Positions 1 to 8,666 of a DNA stretch of 64,000 nucleotides are shown here, in pieces (position 1 is the stretch's first letter; each line of letters begins with the position of its first letter). Location: assembly GCA_046262415.1 (NCBI GenBank), contig JBHEMU010000146.1, positions 42,913 through 106,912 of the forward strand. The letters are read 5' to 3'. This DNA is from Gaiellaceae bacterium (lineage in GTDB: Bacteria > Actinomycetota > Thermoleophilia > Gaiellales > Gaiellaceae). The notes beneath the pieces were generated by a model that had not been told where the DNA came from, searched no databases, and saw only the letters and a program-made list of their open reading frames with translations. The position numbers and the translations under genes were made by a program.

Positions 1-1058
1 TGTGCGGGGTCGTGCTGACCGACAGCGACTTCGGCCTCGCGTCGCGGTACCTGAGCCGGCGCGCGAGGGTGAGCACGGACGAGCAGGCGCTGGCGGCGAT
101 GCGGGAGATCGCGCGCGAGAGCCGGCCCATCGTCTTTCCGGAGCGCGACGAGCACGTCGAGCTGATCCTCCGGCGCTGGGAGGAGGTGGCCGCCGTCGCC
201 GACGTGCCGCTGCCGGGGGACCCGGACGTGGTGAGGAGACTTCGTCGCAAGGAATTGTTGCCAATCATGGCAACGACGGCGGACGTTCCCGTGCCGCGCA
301 CCGTCGCCGCCTCGAGCGAGGACGCCGTCCGCGCCGCCGGCCTCCAGCCGCCCTTTCTCGTCAAGCCCGCGGAGGGGCAGGGCTTCGCGCTGGCGTTCGG
401 CCACAAGGTGGTCGTCGCGGACACGGTTGACGAGGCCGTGGCCGCCTGGCGACGGGCTCGCGAGCACGGGTTCGAGACGATCGTCCAGGAGCTGATCCCG
501 GGTTCGCACGAGCGCGTCTTCTCGCTCTTCACCTACATCGGCCGCGGCGGTGAGCCGCTCGCGAGCGTCGTCGGGCGCAAGGTGCGGCAGGGGCCGCTGC
601 GCTTCGGCACGAGCGCAGTCTTCGAGGCCCGCCACGACCCGACCGTCCTCGAGCTCGGCCAGCGCCTGCTGCTGACGGCGGGATACCGCGGCTTCGCGCA
701 CGTCGAGTTCGCGCACGACCCCCGCGACGGTCTGTTCAAGCTGCTGGAGGTGAACACGCGCTTGCCGGTGTGGGCCGGTCTCGGCATGACGCGCGGGTTC
801 GACATGGCGCGCCTCGCCTACGACGACCTGTGCGGCCGCCAGGTGGAGCCGCTGGGGCTCCTGCCCGACGGGACGACGTGGATCTACCTCGGCAAGGACG
901 TCTGGGTCTCGGCCCAGATGGCGCGGCGGCGCGAGCTCGGGCCGGGGCGGTTCCTCGGCCCGTACCTCCGACGCCGCAAGGTTCGAGCGACGCTCGCGCT
1001 CGACGACCTGAGGCCGGCGGTCGCCTCGCTCGCCTACCTGCGCTCGCGCGCCGGGTAG
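1..1058 (+). CDS. ATP-grasp domain carboxylate-amine ligase-like protein (5' partial, continues upstream of window)
   Basis: Frame is open to the window edge (..CGVVLTDSDF..). Translation shows ATP-grasp hallmarks (PFLVKPAEGQG, IVQELIPG, HVEFAHDPRDGLFKLLEVNTR). The pre-ATP-grasp N-terminus appears to be missing. Confidence 0.75.
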   Translation, partial: CGVVLTDSDFGLASRYLSRRARVSTDEQALAAMREIARESRPIVFPERDEHVELILRRWEEVAAVADVPLPGDPDVVRRLRRKELLPIMATTADVPVPRTVAASSEDAVRAAGLQPPFLVKPAEGQGFALAFGHKVVVADTVDEAVAAWRRAREHGFETIVQELIPGSHERVFSLFTYIGRGGEPLASVVGRKVRQGPLRFGTSAVFEARHDPTVLELGQRLLLTAGYRGFAHVEFAHDPRDGLFKLLEVNTRLPVWAGLGMTRGFDMARLAYDDLCGRQVEPLGLLPDGTTWIYLGKDVWVSAQMARRRELGPGRFLGPYLRRRKVRATLALDDLRPAVASLAYLRSRAG

Positions 1059-1097
1059 ACATGGCCAGCCTCGTCTTCTGGCAGTGAAGGGGAAGCG

Positions 1098-1561
1098 CTA
1101 CGGCCGTCTGTCGAGAGCATCCCCGAGCAATGTCTGAAGCCGTCGGAGTGTTTCTTCGCCGAGGGAGCGCGCGACCTCGACATCGCCATCCCCCGCATCG
1201 GGCGCCCACAGCAACAGAGCATCATCGCGGTAGACCGCCAAGTGATCGCACACCTCTGGCTCAGCATGACGCTCGGCTGCCTCCCGTAGTTCTGCCAAGT
1301 TTGTACCGCAGAGCGGCAGGTGGAATGTCTGAGGTGTCGGCCACAGTGTGCTACGCCCAATCGACCGCACTGAACTCGCCTCGGCCGGTCGCGACTGAGA
1401 AAGCTCTGTATCTCTGGAGCCATTGATGTCCCTTCGATGTAGAGCGTCGCATCGCCGGACAATTCCTCGTCAATCACGCGGAGCAGCTCGTACAAGTCGG
1501 AGACGCGGCCGAGAGAGATGCTCTCGCCTCCCTGAAATCGCAGCCCGTCGGCTCCAGTCAT
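1098..1561 (-). pseudogene. small hypothetical gene, apparently frameshifted (or two short ORFs) in a locally lower-GC patch
   Basis: ATG at 1561 directly abuts the TAG stop (1562-1564) of the upstream GT2 gene. Protein-like translation MTGADGLRFQGGESISLGRVSDLYELLRVIDEELSGDATLYIEGTSMAPEIQSFLS runs in one frame. Protein-like sequence then continues in another frame (..TFHLPLCGTNLAELREAAERHAEPEVCDHLAVYRDDALLLWAPDAG.. stop at 1098). The switch lies around 1375-1395. Confidence 0.35.
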
Positions 1562-2713
1562 CTACCTCGTGCCCTGGGCCCGCTGCCAGACCGGCGGCAC
1601 GCCGAAGCGGGCATACCGCACGAGCGAGACCAGCGTCGCCCACGTGACCAGGACGTAGTAGTACGCGAGCGCCGCGGCCGGCAGCGGCACCCGCAGCCGC
1701 CCGAGCGCGGCGAGCGCGAGGAACGCCAGCTGCGCACTCAGGATCGCGTCGTAGACGAGCCCGCTGCGCACGAGCGCCAAGTTCGTCGCCAGCAGGACGA
1801 CGTGCAGGATCCCGCTCGCGTAGCGCAGCAGCCGGTGCGAGACGAGCTCGATCCAGTAGAGCGGGGTCAGGCGCCGGAACATGCCTCCTTCGAACACGGT
1901 CAGCCAGCACCACTCGAACATCCGCACCTTGCGGCGGTACTCGTCCTCCTGCTCGGCCGAGGGCTTCTCGAACGCGAGCGCCTCCGGCTCGTAGACCGCG
2001 CGCCGGCGCCGCTGGACCAGCCTGTAGGGGAAGCCGAGGTCGTGGCCGAAGCGATGCTCGATGTAGTCGGCCGCCCGGACGGCGCAGATCGACCCGTTCC
2101 CGCCGGTCACCGAGCCGAGCAGCGATTCCTGCTCGCGCACCCAGAGCTCGTAGCGCCAGTAGGCGCCCTCCCGGTTGGAGCCGTCCGGACGCTGCAGGCG
2201 GAGGCGGCCGCACACGTAGGCCACCTCCGGGTCGGCGAAGTTGCGAGTGAGCTTACGGAGCGCGTCCGGCGCCCAGGTCGCATTGGCGTCGGAGAAGGCG
2301 AGAATCTCGCCCTTCGCCTCCTTGTAGGCGCGGTTCTGCGCCGCCAGCTTGCCGCCCCGCGGGTACGCGAGCAGTCGCACGCGCGGGTCACTCGCCGCGA
2401 AGCTCTCGACCAGCTCGTCCGTGCGGTCGCTCGACGCGTCGGAGGCGATCAGGATCTCCAGCAGGTGCGCCGGGTAGTCGAGCGAGGTCAGGTTCTCGAG
2501 CCGGTGCTCGATCACGTCCTCCTCGTCGTGCGCGGCGATGATCACGCTCACGCTCGGAGTGAGGTCCGCCTTGCGGACGAGCCGGGGCCGAAGCCGCGCC
2601 ACGAGGCCCGCGAAGAGCGGGTAGAGCAGGTGCGTCCACGCCAGCAGGCCGAGCGCGATCCAGAAGACGATCTCGAGGGCTATCACACTGACCAGAGGCC
2701 CTTCCGGGAACAC
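1562..2713 (-). CDS. membrane-bound family 2 glycosyltransferase (synthase-like, N- and C-terminal TM segments)
   Basis: 383-aa ORF with GTG start at 2713. Motifs: VSVIIAAHDEEDVI, ILIASDASSDRT, ILAFSDANA, GGNGSICAVR. Hydrophobic N-terminus and C-terminal TM bundle. Confidence 0.85.
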   Translation of the reverse strand: MFPEGPLVSVIALEIVFWIALGLLAWTHLLYPLFAGLVARLRPRLVRKADLTPSVSVIIAAHDEEDVIEHRLENLTSLDYPAHLLEILIASDASSDRTDELVESFAASDPRVRLLAYPRGGKLAAQNRAYKEAKGEILAFSDANATWAPDALRKLTRNFADPEVAYVCGRLRLQRPDGSNREGAYWRYELWVREQESLLGSVTGGNGSICAVRAADYIEHRFGHDLGFPYRLVQRRRRAVYEPEALAFEKPSAEQEDEYRRKVRMFEWCWLTVFEGGMFRRLTPLYWIELVSHRLLRYASGILHVVLLATNLALVRSGLVYDAILSAQLAFLALAALGRLRVPLPAAALAYYYVLVTWATLVSLVRYARFGVPPVWQRAQGTR

Positions 2714-2725
2714 CCCTTGGCCTGC

Positions 2726-4147
2726 CTAGACATGGCGCCCCTCGGGTTCTGACCTTCCGAAAGGAGTGGCGGCTCCGCCGCCACTCCGCTCTCCCGAAGG
2801 GCCTACCCGGGGTCGACCGAAGTGCGCAGCACTTCGGTCGAGGCGGAACACGATCGGGAGCGCGACGATCAGCATCAGGAAGGCGTAGAAGTAGTAGAAG
2901 GTCATCGTCAGGTAGAACGCGTTCGCGGCCATGATCCCCGCCAGCGCCGCCGTCAGGCCCCACGCCACCGGCCGCAGCCGCGCGCCCACCGGATCGCCTC
3001 GCGCCGTCAGCGCTCGTCCGAGCCGCCTGGCCGCCCCGAGGCGCGCGAAGAAGTAGAGCAGGAAGGCGCCGTACAGGAGCACGCCGATCAGGCCGGTCTC
3101 GACGAAGAGGGCCACGTAGTAGGAGTGCGGGCCCCAGTTCGTCCGGCCGGTGATCTGCTCGTAGTAGACGGAGAAGCTGTTCAGCCCCAGCCCGAGCAGC
3201 GGGTGCTGATTGAGGATCTGCGGGATGAACTCGTAGATGCCGAAGTGTGTCGACGTGCTCGCATCGCCGGTCTGGACCCGGCTCGCGACGACGGTCTCCA
3301 CGTAGTCGTAGCGCGCGAGCGCCACCGCCGCGACCACGGCCGCGGCGCCCGCCAGGGGCACGAGCACAGCCCTCGAGGCGAGCCTCCGCCGGTAGGGCAC
3401 CGCCAGCACCAGCAGCCCGACGCCGAGGCCCAGGAAGCCGCTCCGCGAGAGCGTCGCCAGCTCGATCAGGAGCAGGAACGGCAGCAGCACCGCGAGCGGC
3501 GTCCGCAGCCGGTGTCCCGGCTCCAGGCGCAGGTACAGCGGCGTCAGCACGAGCAGCGGGATCAGCAGGACGATCGCGAGGTGGCTGGGATCGCCGCTGA
3601 GCGCGTTCGGCCGGTAGACGCTCGTCCCGTTCACCTGCCCGTAGAGGTTGATCGCGCTGGCCCCGCCGGTCAGGGGGCGGACGAAGACGTCGTCGAGGTT
3701 GCCGCCGCTCTGCGCCACGACGAGCTGCAGGAGGCCGTACACGGCGTTCACCGAGATGCCGGCGATCAGCGCTCCGAGCGTCCGCCAGTAGAACTCCTCC
3801 GACCTCCGCGCGAGGTAGGCGACGCCGAGGAGCAGGAAGCCGTAGTGGATTCCGAACTTGACCAGGCCCTTGAGGAACTGGTTGAACGCCTGCTGCGTCT
3901 CGAGGTTGTAGAAGCCGAGCAGGTAGACGAGCACGAACGCCGCGAGGAAGCCGATCAGCACCGCCTCGCTGCGCGGCAGGGGCCGGCGCCGGTAGCCGAC
4001 CCGGCCGGCAAGCCAGGCGGCGAGGAAGAGGCTGCCGAGGACGTCCGGCAGGTTGACCGAGCCGGCGATGTCCCAGTGGATCTTCTCGAAGCTGACCGAG
4101 AAGACCGTCGCCAGGAAGAGGAAGTCGGTCACCTTTCGCGACGTCAT
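2726..4147 (-). CDS. O-antigen ligase/polymerase family (Wzy_C-type) polytopic membrane protein, paralog 1
   Basis: ORF 2726-4198. Preferred start is ATG 4147 (MTSRKVTDFLF..), preceded by GGAGG. Many TM segments. The ..LATLSRSGFLGLGVGLLVL.. region is typical of the Wzy_C domain. Confidence 0.8.
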   Translation of the reverse strand: MTSRKVTDFLFLATVFSVSFEKIHWDIAGSVNLPDVLGSLFLAAWLAGRVGYRRRPLPRSEAVLIGFLAAFVLVYLLGFYNLETQQAFNQFLKGLVKFGIHYGFLLLGVAYLARRSEEFYWRTLGALIAGISVNAVYGLLQLVVAQSGGNLDDVFVRPLTGGASAINLYGQVNGTSVYRPNALSGDPSHLAIVLLIPLLVLTPLYLRLEPGHRLRTPLAVLLPFLLLIELATLSRSGFLGLGVGLLVLAVPYRRRLASRAVLVPLAGAAAVVAAVALARYDYVETVVASRVQTGDASTSTHFGIYEFIPQILNQHPLLGLGLNSFSVYYEQITGRTNWGPHSYYVALFVETGLIGVLLYGAFLLYFFARLGAARRLGRALTARGDPVGARLRPVAWGLTAALAGIMAANAFYLTMTFYYFYAFLMLIVALPIVFRLDRSAAHFGRPRVGPSGERSGGGAATPFGRSEPEGRHV

Positions 4148-4159
4148 GACACCGGTGCC

Positions 4160-4248
4160 TCCGTTGGGGCGTTCCCGGTTGGCGGCGCAGACGGGCACGC
4201 GGGCAGAGCCCGCGCGCCCTGAGGTCGGCGTCGCAAGCGACGCCTCAC
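4160..4248 (-). repeat. degenerate copy (E) of the 97-nt-period hairpin repeat family
   Basis: Minus strand reads tgaGGCGTCGCTTGCGACGCCGACCTCAGGgcgcgcgggctctgcccgcgtgcccGTCTGcGCCG... The first ~60 nt align with copies at 46583, 48369, 48466 and 16987(rc). The 3' half is diverged. Boundaries approximate. Confidence 0.6.
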
Positions 4249-4282
4249 GGCGCCGGTGCCTCCGTTGGGGCGGAGCGACGCC

Positions 4283-5533
4283 TCACGCGGCGACCTTCCA
4301 GAGCAGCTCGGCCAGCTCCTCCGCCCGGGTGCGGCGGGAGAGCCGCTCCCGCACCTCCGCCGACAGCGGGGTCCCGTCCAGCGCGCCGGCTCGCCAGCGC
4401 GAGACGAGGCCCTCCAGGGCCGCGCTGATCGCGGGCACGTCGTCCGGGGCCGCGATCACGCCGGCGCCGGTCTCCTTCAGCAGCGCTGCGGCGGCCCCGT
4501 CCGGCGGGATGGCCGCGAGGATCGGGCGCTCGGCGGCGAGGTACTCGAAGACCTTGCCGGAGAGCACGCCGCGCCCGCGGCCCTCCGCGTCCGGGATCAG
4601 CAGCAGCAGCGCCTCCGAGTCGCGCTGCAGCTCCAGCGACAGCCGCCTCGGCACGTGGGGGTGCAGCTCGAGCCGGTCGCCGAGGCCGAGCCCGTCAGCC
4701 CATTCCCGGTCGGCGGCGCGGAAGCCGCCGACGAAGCGCGCGACCGCGTCGACGCCGGACTCGGCCAGCGCGGTGAGGAACGGCCGCGGGTCTCGCTTGC
4801 CGAAGAAGCTGCCGGTGTGCGTGATCCGGAAGCGGTCGCCTCGGGTGTACTCGAGCCCGGCGAAGTCGTCGAAGTCGCAGCCGTTCGCGATCGTCACCAC
4901 CTCGCCCTTCGGCTCGAACTCCCGTGCCTCCTGCGCGATCGCCTCCGAGACGGCCACGATCGCGTCCGCCGACCGCGCGACGGTGCGGGCGACCGTCTCC
5001 GTCCCCTTCTCCTTCAGCCGCACGGCGAGGGACTCGTAGCGGCGGTGGGGGTGCGCGGTCAGCGAGTCCCGCAGGTCGGCGACCCAGCGGACGCCGGTGG
5101 CCCGTTTCGCCGCGGCGCCGACGAGGTGGACCGAGCCGGGCGGCGAGGTCGTCAGCACGACGTCGATCCCCTCCTTGCGGACGATCCGGTTCGCGGCGGG
5201 GATCGCCGTGAGGGCCCAGCTCGCGTTCTCGTCGGGCACGAGCAGCCGGCGGCCGAGGAGGCTCGCCTGCCGCCGGTAGCGCTCGAGCCCGGTCGTTCCG
5301 TGCAGCTCCTCCGCGGGGCGGCGGCCGCGCGGCCCGAGGTAGCGCACGCGGTGGACCCAGGCCCGCGTCGGCGGCGGCAGCTCGTCGTCGACGTGGATCC
5401 ACTTCGGGTCCTCCGGCGCGAGGACGTGCGTCTCGACTCCGAGCGCCGGCAGGTGCGTCGCGAACTTGAGCGGGCGCTGGACGCCCCCTCCGCCGGCGGG
5501 CGGAAAGTAGAAGCTGACGATCAGGACCTTCAT
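4283..5533 (-). CDS. family 4 (GT-B) glycosyltransferase
   Basis: In-frame start MKVLIVSFYFPPAGGGGVQRP at 5533 inside the artefactual 1174-aa ORF. C-terminal ..GKVFEYLAAERPILA.. GT-B signature. ATGA start/stop overlap with the upstream asnB-like gene. Confidence 0.85.
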   Translation of the reverse strand: MKVLIVSFYFPPAGGGGVQRPLKFATHLPALGVETHVLAPEDPKWIHVDDELPPPTRAWVHRVRYLGPRGRRPAEELHGTTGLERYRRQASLLGRRLLVPDENASWALTAIPAANRIVRKEGIDVVLTTSPPGSVHLVGAAAKRATGVRWVADLRDSLTAHPHRRYESLAVRLKEKGTETVARTVARSADAIVAVSEAIAQEAREFEPKGEVVTIANGCDFDDFAGLEYTRGDRFRITHTGSFFGKRDPRPFLTALAESGVDAVARFVGGFRAADREWADGLGLGDRLELHPHVPRRLSLELQRDSEALLLLIPDAEGRGRGVLSGKVFEYLAAERPILAAIPPDGAAAALLKETGAGVIAAPDDVPAISAALEGLVSRWRAGALDGTPLSAEVRERLSRRTRAEELAELLWKVAA

Positions 5534-7380
5534 GCCGCGGCGGCGACCGGCGTGCGCTCGACCACCTGCTCGAGCCAGAGCTCGAGCACGACGAGCGCGT
5601 ACACCGGCAGCCCCAGCTCCGCCTCGCCGTCCAGGTGCCGCCGGAGCAGCCGGCCGGCCGCCTTCGGGTCGACCAGGCCGTGGCGGCGGAGGCGCTCCTC
5701 GGCCAGCAGCTCGCACGCGGTCTCGCGCAGCTCCCCCCGCAGCCAGCGATCGATCGGCACCTCGAAGCCCTGCTTCGGTCGGCGGGCGATCGACCGCGGC
5801 AGGCGCCGCTCGACCAGTCGCCGCAGCGCGCGCTTCGTCTCGACGCCGCGCACCTTCTCGGCGTCCGGGAGACCGAGGCCGGCCGCGACCACCTCGTGGT
5901 CGAGCAGCGGCACGCGGAGCTCGAGCGAGTGGGCCATGCTCATCCGGTCGGCCTTGAACAGGATCTCCTTCGGCACCATCGTCCGGAGATCGACGTACTG
6001 CAGGCGTCCGAGCCGCGTCAGCCCGGCAGGCGCTTCGCCGAACAGCTCCGCGAAGATCCGGGACGCGGGAGCCGGCACCGGCAGGAGCTCCGCCTTGGCC
6101 TCCTCGGACAGGAGCGCGAACCACGAGAAGTAACGCTCGGCCTCGGGTAGCGAGGCGTGGCGGAGCAGCTTGAGCGCGCGCCGCGGCAGGCTCTTGCGCC
6201 CGCCGCGCGCGGCGCGGGCTCCGAGCAGGGGCTCGAGCGCCCCTGCGAGTACCCGCGTCGGCAGCACGCGCTGCAGGCGCGCGGCGTGGCGGTCCCAGGC
6301 AAAGCGGGAGTAGCCGCCGAAGACCTCGTCCCCGCCCTCCCCCGCGAGGGCCACCTTCACGTGCTCGGCCGCGGCCCGGCAGACGTAGTAGAGCGGGATC
6401 GCGGAGGGGGCCGCGAACGGCTCGCCCAGGTGCCGCACGATCGCCGGCAGGTCGTGGACGACGTCCGTCTCGACCTCGAGCTCGTGGTGCTCGGTCCCGA
6501 GCGCCGCCGCGACCACCCGGCCGTGCTCGCGCTCGTCGTAGGCCTCGTCCTCGAAGCCGATCGTGAAGGTGTGCAGCGGCTGCCCCGCCTCCGCCGCCGC
6601 CAGCGCCGCGACGAGGCTCGAGTCGATGCCGCCGGAGAGGAGCACGGCGAGCGGCACGTCCGAGCGCAGGTGGATCCGCACCGCCTCCGCGAGCGTCGCC
6701 TCCAGGTCGGCGGCGGGTCGCGATTCGATCCCGGCGAACTCCGACTCGGTCGCGCCGCCGTCCTCCCACACGAGCGTGTGGCCCGCCCGGAGCGCGCGGA
6801 CGCCCTCGAGCCCGGTCGCCTCGCCGGGCACGTAGCCGAAGGAGAGGTAGTCCGCGAGGGCCTGGAGATCCGGCCGGCGCGGGGCGCCGAGCGCGAGCAG
6901 CGGCGCGATCTCGGAGGCGAACATGAGCCGCCCTCCCGTCTCGGCGAGGTAGAGCGGCTTGATCCCGAAGCGGTCCCGCGCGAGCACGAGCCGGTGCCGC
7001 CGCTCGTCCCACACGGCCGCCGCGAACATGCCGCGCAGCCGCGCGAAGCAGCGCTCGCCCTCCTCCTCGTACAGGTGCACGACCACCTCGACGTCGCTCC
7101 GCGTCGAGAACCGGTGGCCGCGCGCCTCGAGCTCGGCCCGGAGCTCGACGTGGTTGTAGAGCTCGCCGTTCAGCACGCAGGTGACCTCGCCGGACTCGCT
7201 CGCGATCGGCTGGTCGCCCGTCTCGAGGTCGATGATCGCCAGCCGGCGCATCGCGACGCCGACCCCGTCCGAGGCGAAGCGCCCCTCCGAGTCCGGCCCG
7301 CGGTGGCGCAGGAGCTCGACCACGTCGAGGTCCGAGGAAGCGAGGGGCGCGGCTCCCGCCAGTCCGACGATGCCGCACAC
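5530..7380 (-). CDS. asnB: asparagine synthase (glutamine-hydrolysing) family amidotransferase, paralog 1
   Basis: 616 aa. N-terminal MCGIVG (Ntn Cys2) glutaminase domain, and LSGGIDSS PP-loop in the synthetase domain. GTG start at 7380. Confidence 0.9.
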   Translation of the reverse strand: MCGIVGLAGAAPLASSDLDVVELLRHRGPDSEGRFASDGVGVAMRRLAIIDLETGDQPIASESGEVTCVLNGELYNHVELRAELEARGHRFSTRSDVEVVVHLYEEEGERCFARLRGMFAAAVWDERRHRLVLARDRFGIKPLYLAETGGRLMFASEIAPLLALGAPRRPDLQALADYLSFGYVPGEATGLEGVRALRAGHTLVWEDGGATESEFAGIESRPAADLEATLAEAVRIHLRSDVPLAVLLSGGIDSSLVAALAAAEAGQPLHTFTIGFEDEAYDEREHGRVVAAALGTEHHELEVETDVVHDLPAIVRHLGEPFAAPSAIPLYYVCRAAAEHVKVALAGEGGDEVFGGYSRFAWDRHAARLQRVLPTRVLAGALEPLLGARAARGGRKSLPRRALKLLRHASLPEAERYFSWFALLSEEAKAELLPVPAPASRIFAELFGEAPAGLTRLGRLQYVDLRTMVPKEILFKADRMSMAHSLELRVPLLDHEVVAAGLGLPDAEKVRGVETKRALRRLVERRLPRSIARRPKQGFEVPIDRWLRGELRETACELLAEERLRRHGLVDPKAAGRLLRRHLDGEAELGLPVYALVVLELWLEQVVERTPVAAAA

Positions 7381-7435
7381 GATGCCTAGAGTAACCCCCG
7401 CTTCCGCGCGATCCCCGTTCGGTTACGCTCCGACC
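7381..7435. promoter_or_regulatory. divergent promoter region with a shared AT-rich -10-like box (TAGAGT on + / TACTCT on -)
   Basis: This is the only AT-rich patch between divergent starts 7380(-) and 7436(+). TAGAGT at 7387-7392 on +. Its complement-shifted TACTCT (7393-7388) ends 7 nt before the GTG of asnB, which would make a leaderless transcript possible. Confidence 0.3.
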
Positions 7436-7906
7436 GTGCGCCTCCGCCTCGCACTCGGGCTGCTCGCGCTGGCCCTGGTCGTCCCCGCCGGCGCCGCCGC
7501 GACGATCGTGCTGCAGAAGGGGATCGGCGGAGCGACGCTCGACATGACCGAGGCGCAGGTGCGGGCCAAGCTGGGCCACCCGTTCAGGACCGTCCGCGGC
7601 ACGAACGACTTCGGCCCCTACACGACCCTGACCTACAAGAGGCCGCCGCTCCGGGTTAGCTTCCAGGGCAACGCCGGCGCGACGTCGATCGACACGTCGA
7701 GTCCGGCCCAGCGCACCGCCCGGGGCATCGGGGTGGGCTCGACGGTGGCCGAGGTGAAGGCACGGGTGCCGGGCGTGAAGTGCAAGACCGAGTTCGGCTA
7801 CCGGCACTGCTACGTCGGCCGCTGGACCCCCGGCATGCGGGTGACGGACTTCGCGATCAAGGCCGGCAAGGTCTCGCGGGTCTCGATCGGCATCGTCATC
7901 GACTGA
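7436..7906 (+). CDS. small secreted hypothetical protein (signal peptide)
   Basis: In-frame GTG 7436 gives VRLRLALGLLALALVVPAGAAA signal-like N-terminus. An alternative ATG at 7382 is in the same frame. No family recognised. Confidence 0.6.
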   Translation: MRLRLALGLLALALVVPAGAAATIVLQKGIGGATLDMTEAQVRAKLGHPFRTVRGTNDFGPYTTLTYKRPPLRVSFQGNAGATSIDTSSPAQRTARGIGVGSTVAEVKARVPGVKCKTEFGYRHCYVGRWTPGMRVTDFAIKAGKVSRVSIGIVID

Positions 7907-7907
7907 G

Positions 7908-8666
7908 CTACCCGCCGCGCCGCGCCGCCACGAGCAGCGAGCCGCCGGCGGGCAGCGAGAGACCGCGCTCGATCAGGCGCCGCTCGCCGTCGAGCATCCG
8001 CTCGAGGACGCGGTTCAGGCGCGGGCCGGGCAGGAGCTCGCGCACGGGATCGAACGTCCGCGGCGCCACGCGCGAGCGAAGCCGCGAGAGGGCCATCGCC
8101 GGCAGCAGCGTCGAGACGAACGAGGTCGCCCCGACGACCTCGAACGAGGACTCGCGCAGCAGGTCGACGAGCCCGCGGCGGGTGTAGCGGCGGACGTGGT
8201 GCGCGAACTCGTCGGCCTCGCTCCAGAGCCAGGGGTGCTGCGGAACGAGGACGAGCAGGCCGCCGCCGGGGCGAAGCGCGCGGTGGATGCCTCGGAGGAC
8301 GAGCCCGTCCTCGGCCACGTGCTCGAGCGTGTCGAAGCAGCCGACCGCGTCCCAGTCGCCGTCGTAGGGAAGCTCGCGCGCATCGCCCCGGACGAGCTCG
8401 ACGTCCCCGGGCAGCCGCTCGCGGGCGAGGCGCAGGCCCTCCTCGAAGAGCTCGAGCCCGGCGAGGCGGAGGTGCGGGAAGGCCTCGCGGACGGCCGCCA
8501 GCACGAAGCCGTCGCCGCAGCCGACCTCGAGGAAGCTCCTCGCCTCGGGGAAGTGCCGCCGCAGCGAGGAGACGATCAGCCGGTTCCGGGCGCGAAACCA
8601 GAAGCTCTCCGGGGCGACCCGCGCCAGCTCCCGGAAGAGCGCGGGGTCGTACCCCTCGCGCCTCAC
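7908..8666 (-). CDS. class I SAM-dependent methyltransferase
   Basis: Motif I FLEVGCGDGF and motif post-I/II ..DAVGCFDTLEHV..LRPGGGLLVLVP. Preferred GTG start 8666 forms a GTGA overlap with the aminotransferase stop. The longest ORF runs to 8780. Confidence 0.8.
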   Translation of the reverse strand: MRREGYDPALFRELARVAPESFWFRARNRLIVSSLRRHFPEARSFLEVGCGDGFVLAAVREAFPHLRLAGLELFEEGLRLARERLPGDVELVRGDARELPYDGDWDAVGCFDTLEHVAEDGLVLRGIHRALRPGGGLLVLVPQHPWLWSEADEFAHHVRRYTRRGLVDLLRESSFEVVGATSFVSTLLPAMALSRLRSRVAPRTFDPVRELLPGPRLNRVLERMLDGERRLIERGLSLPAGGSLLVAARRGG

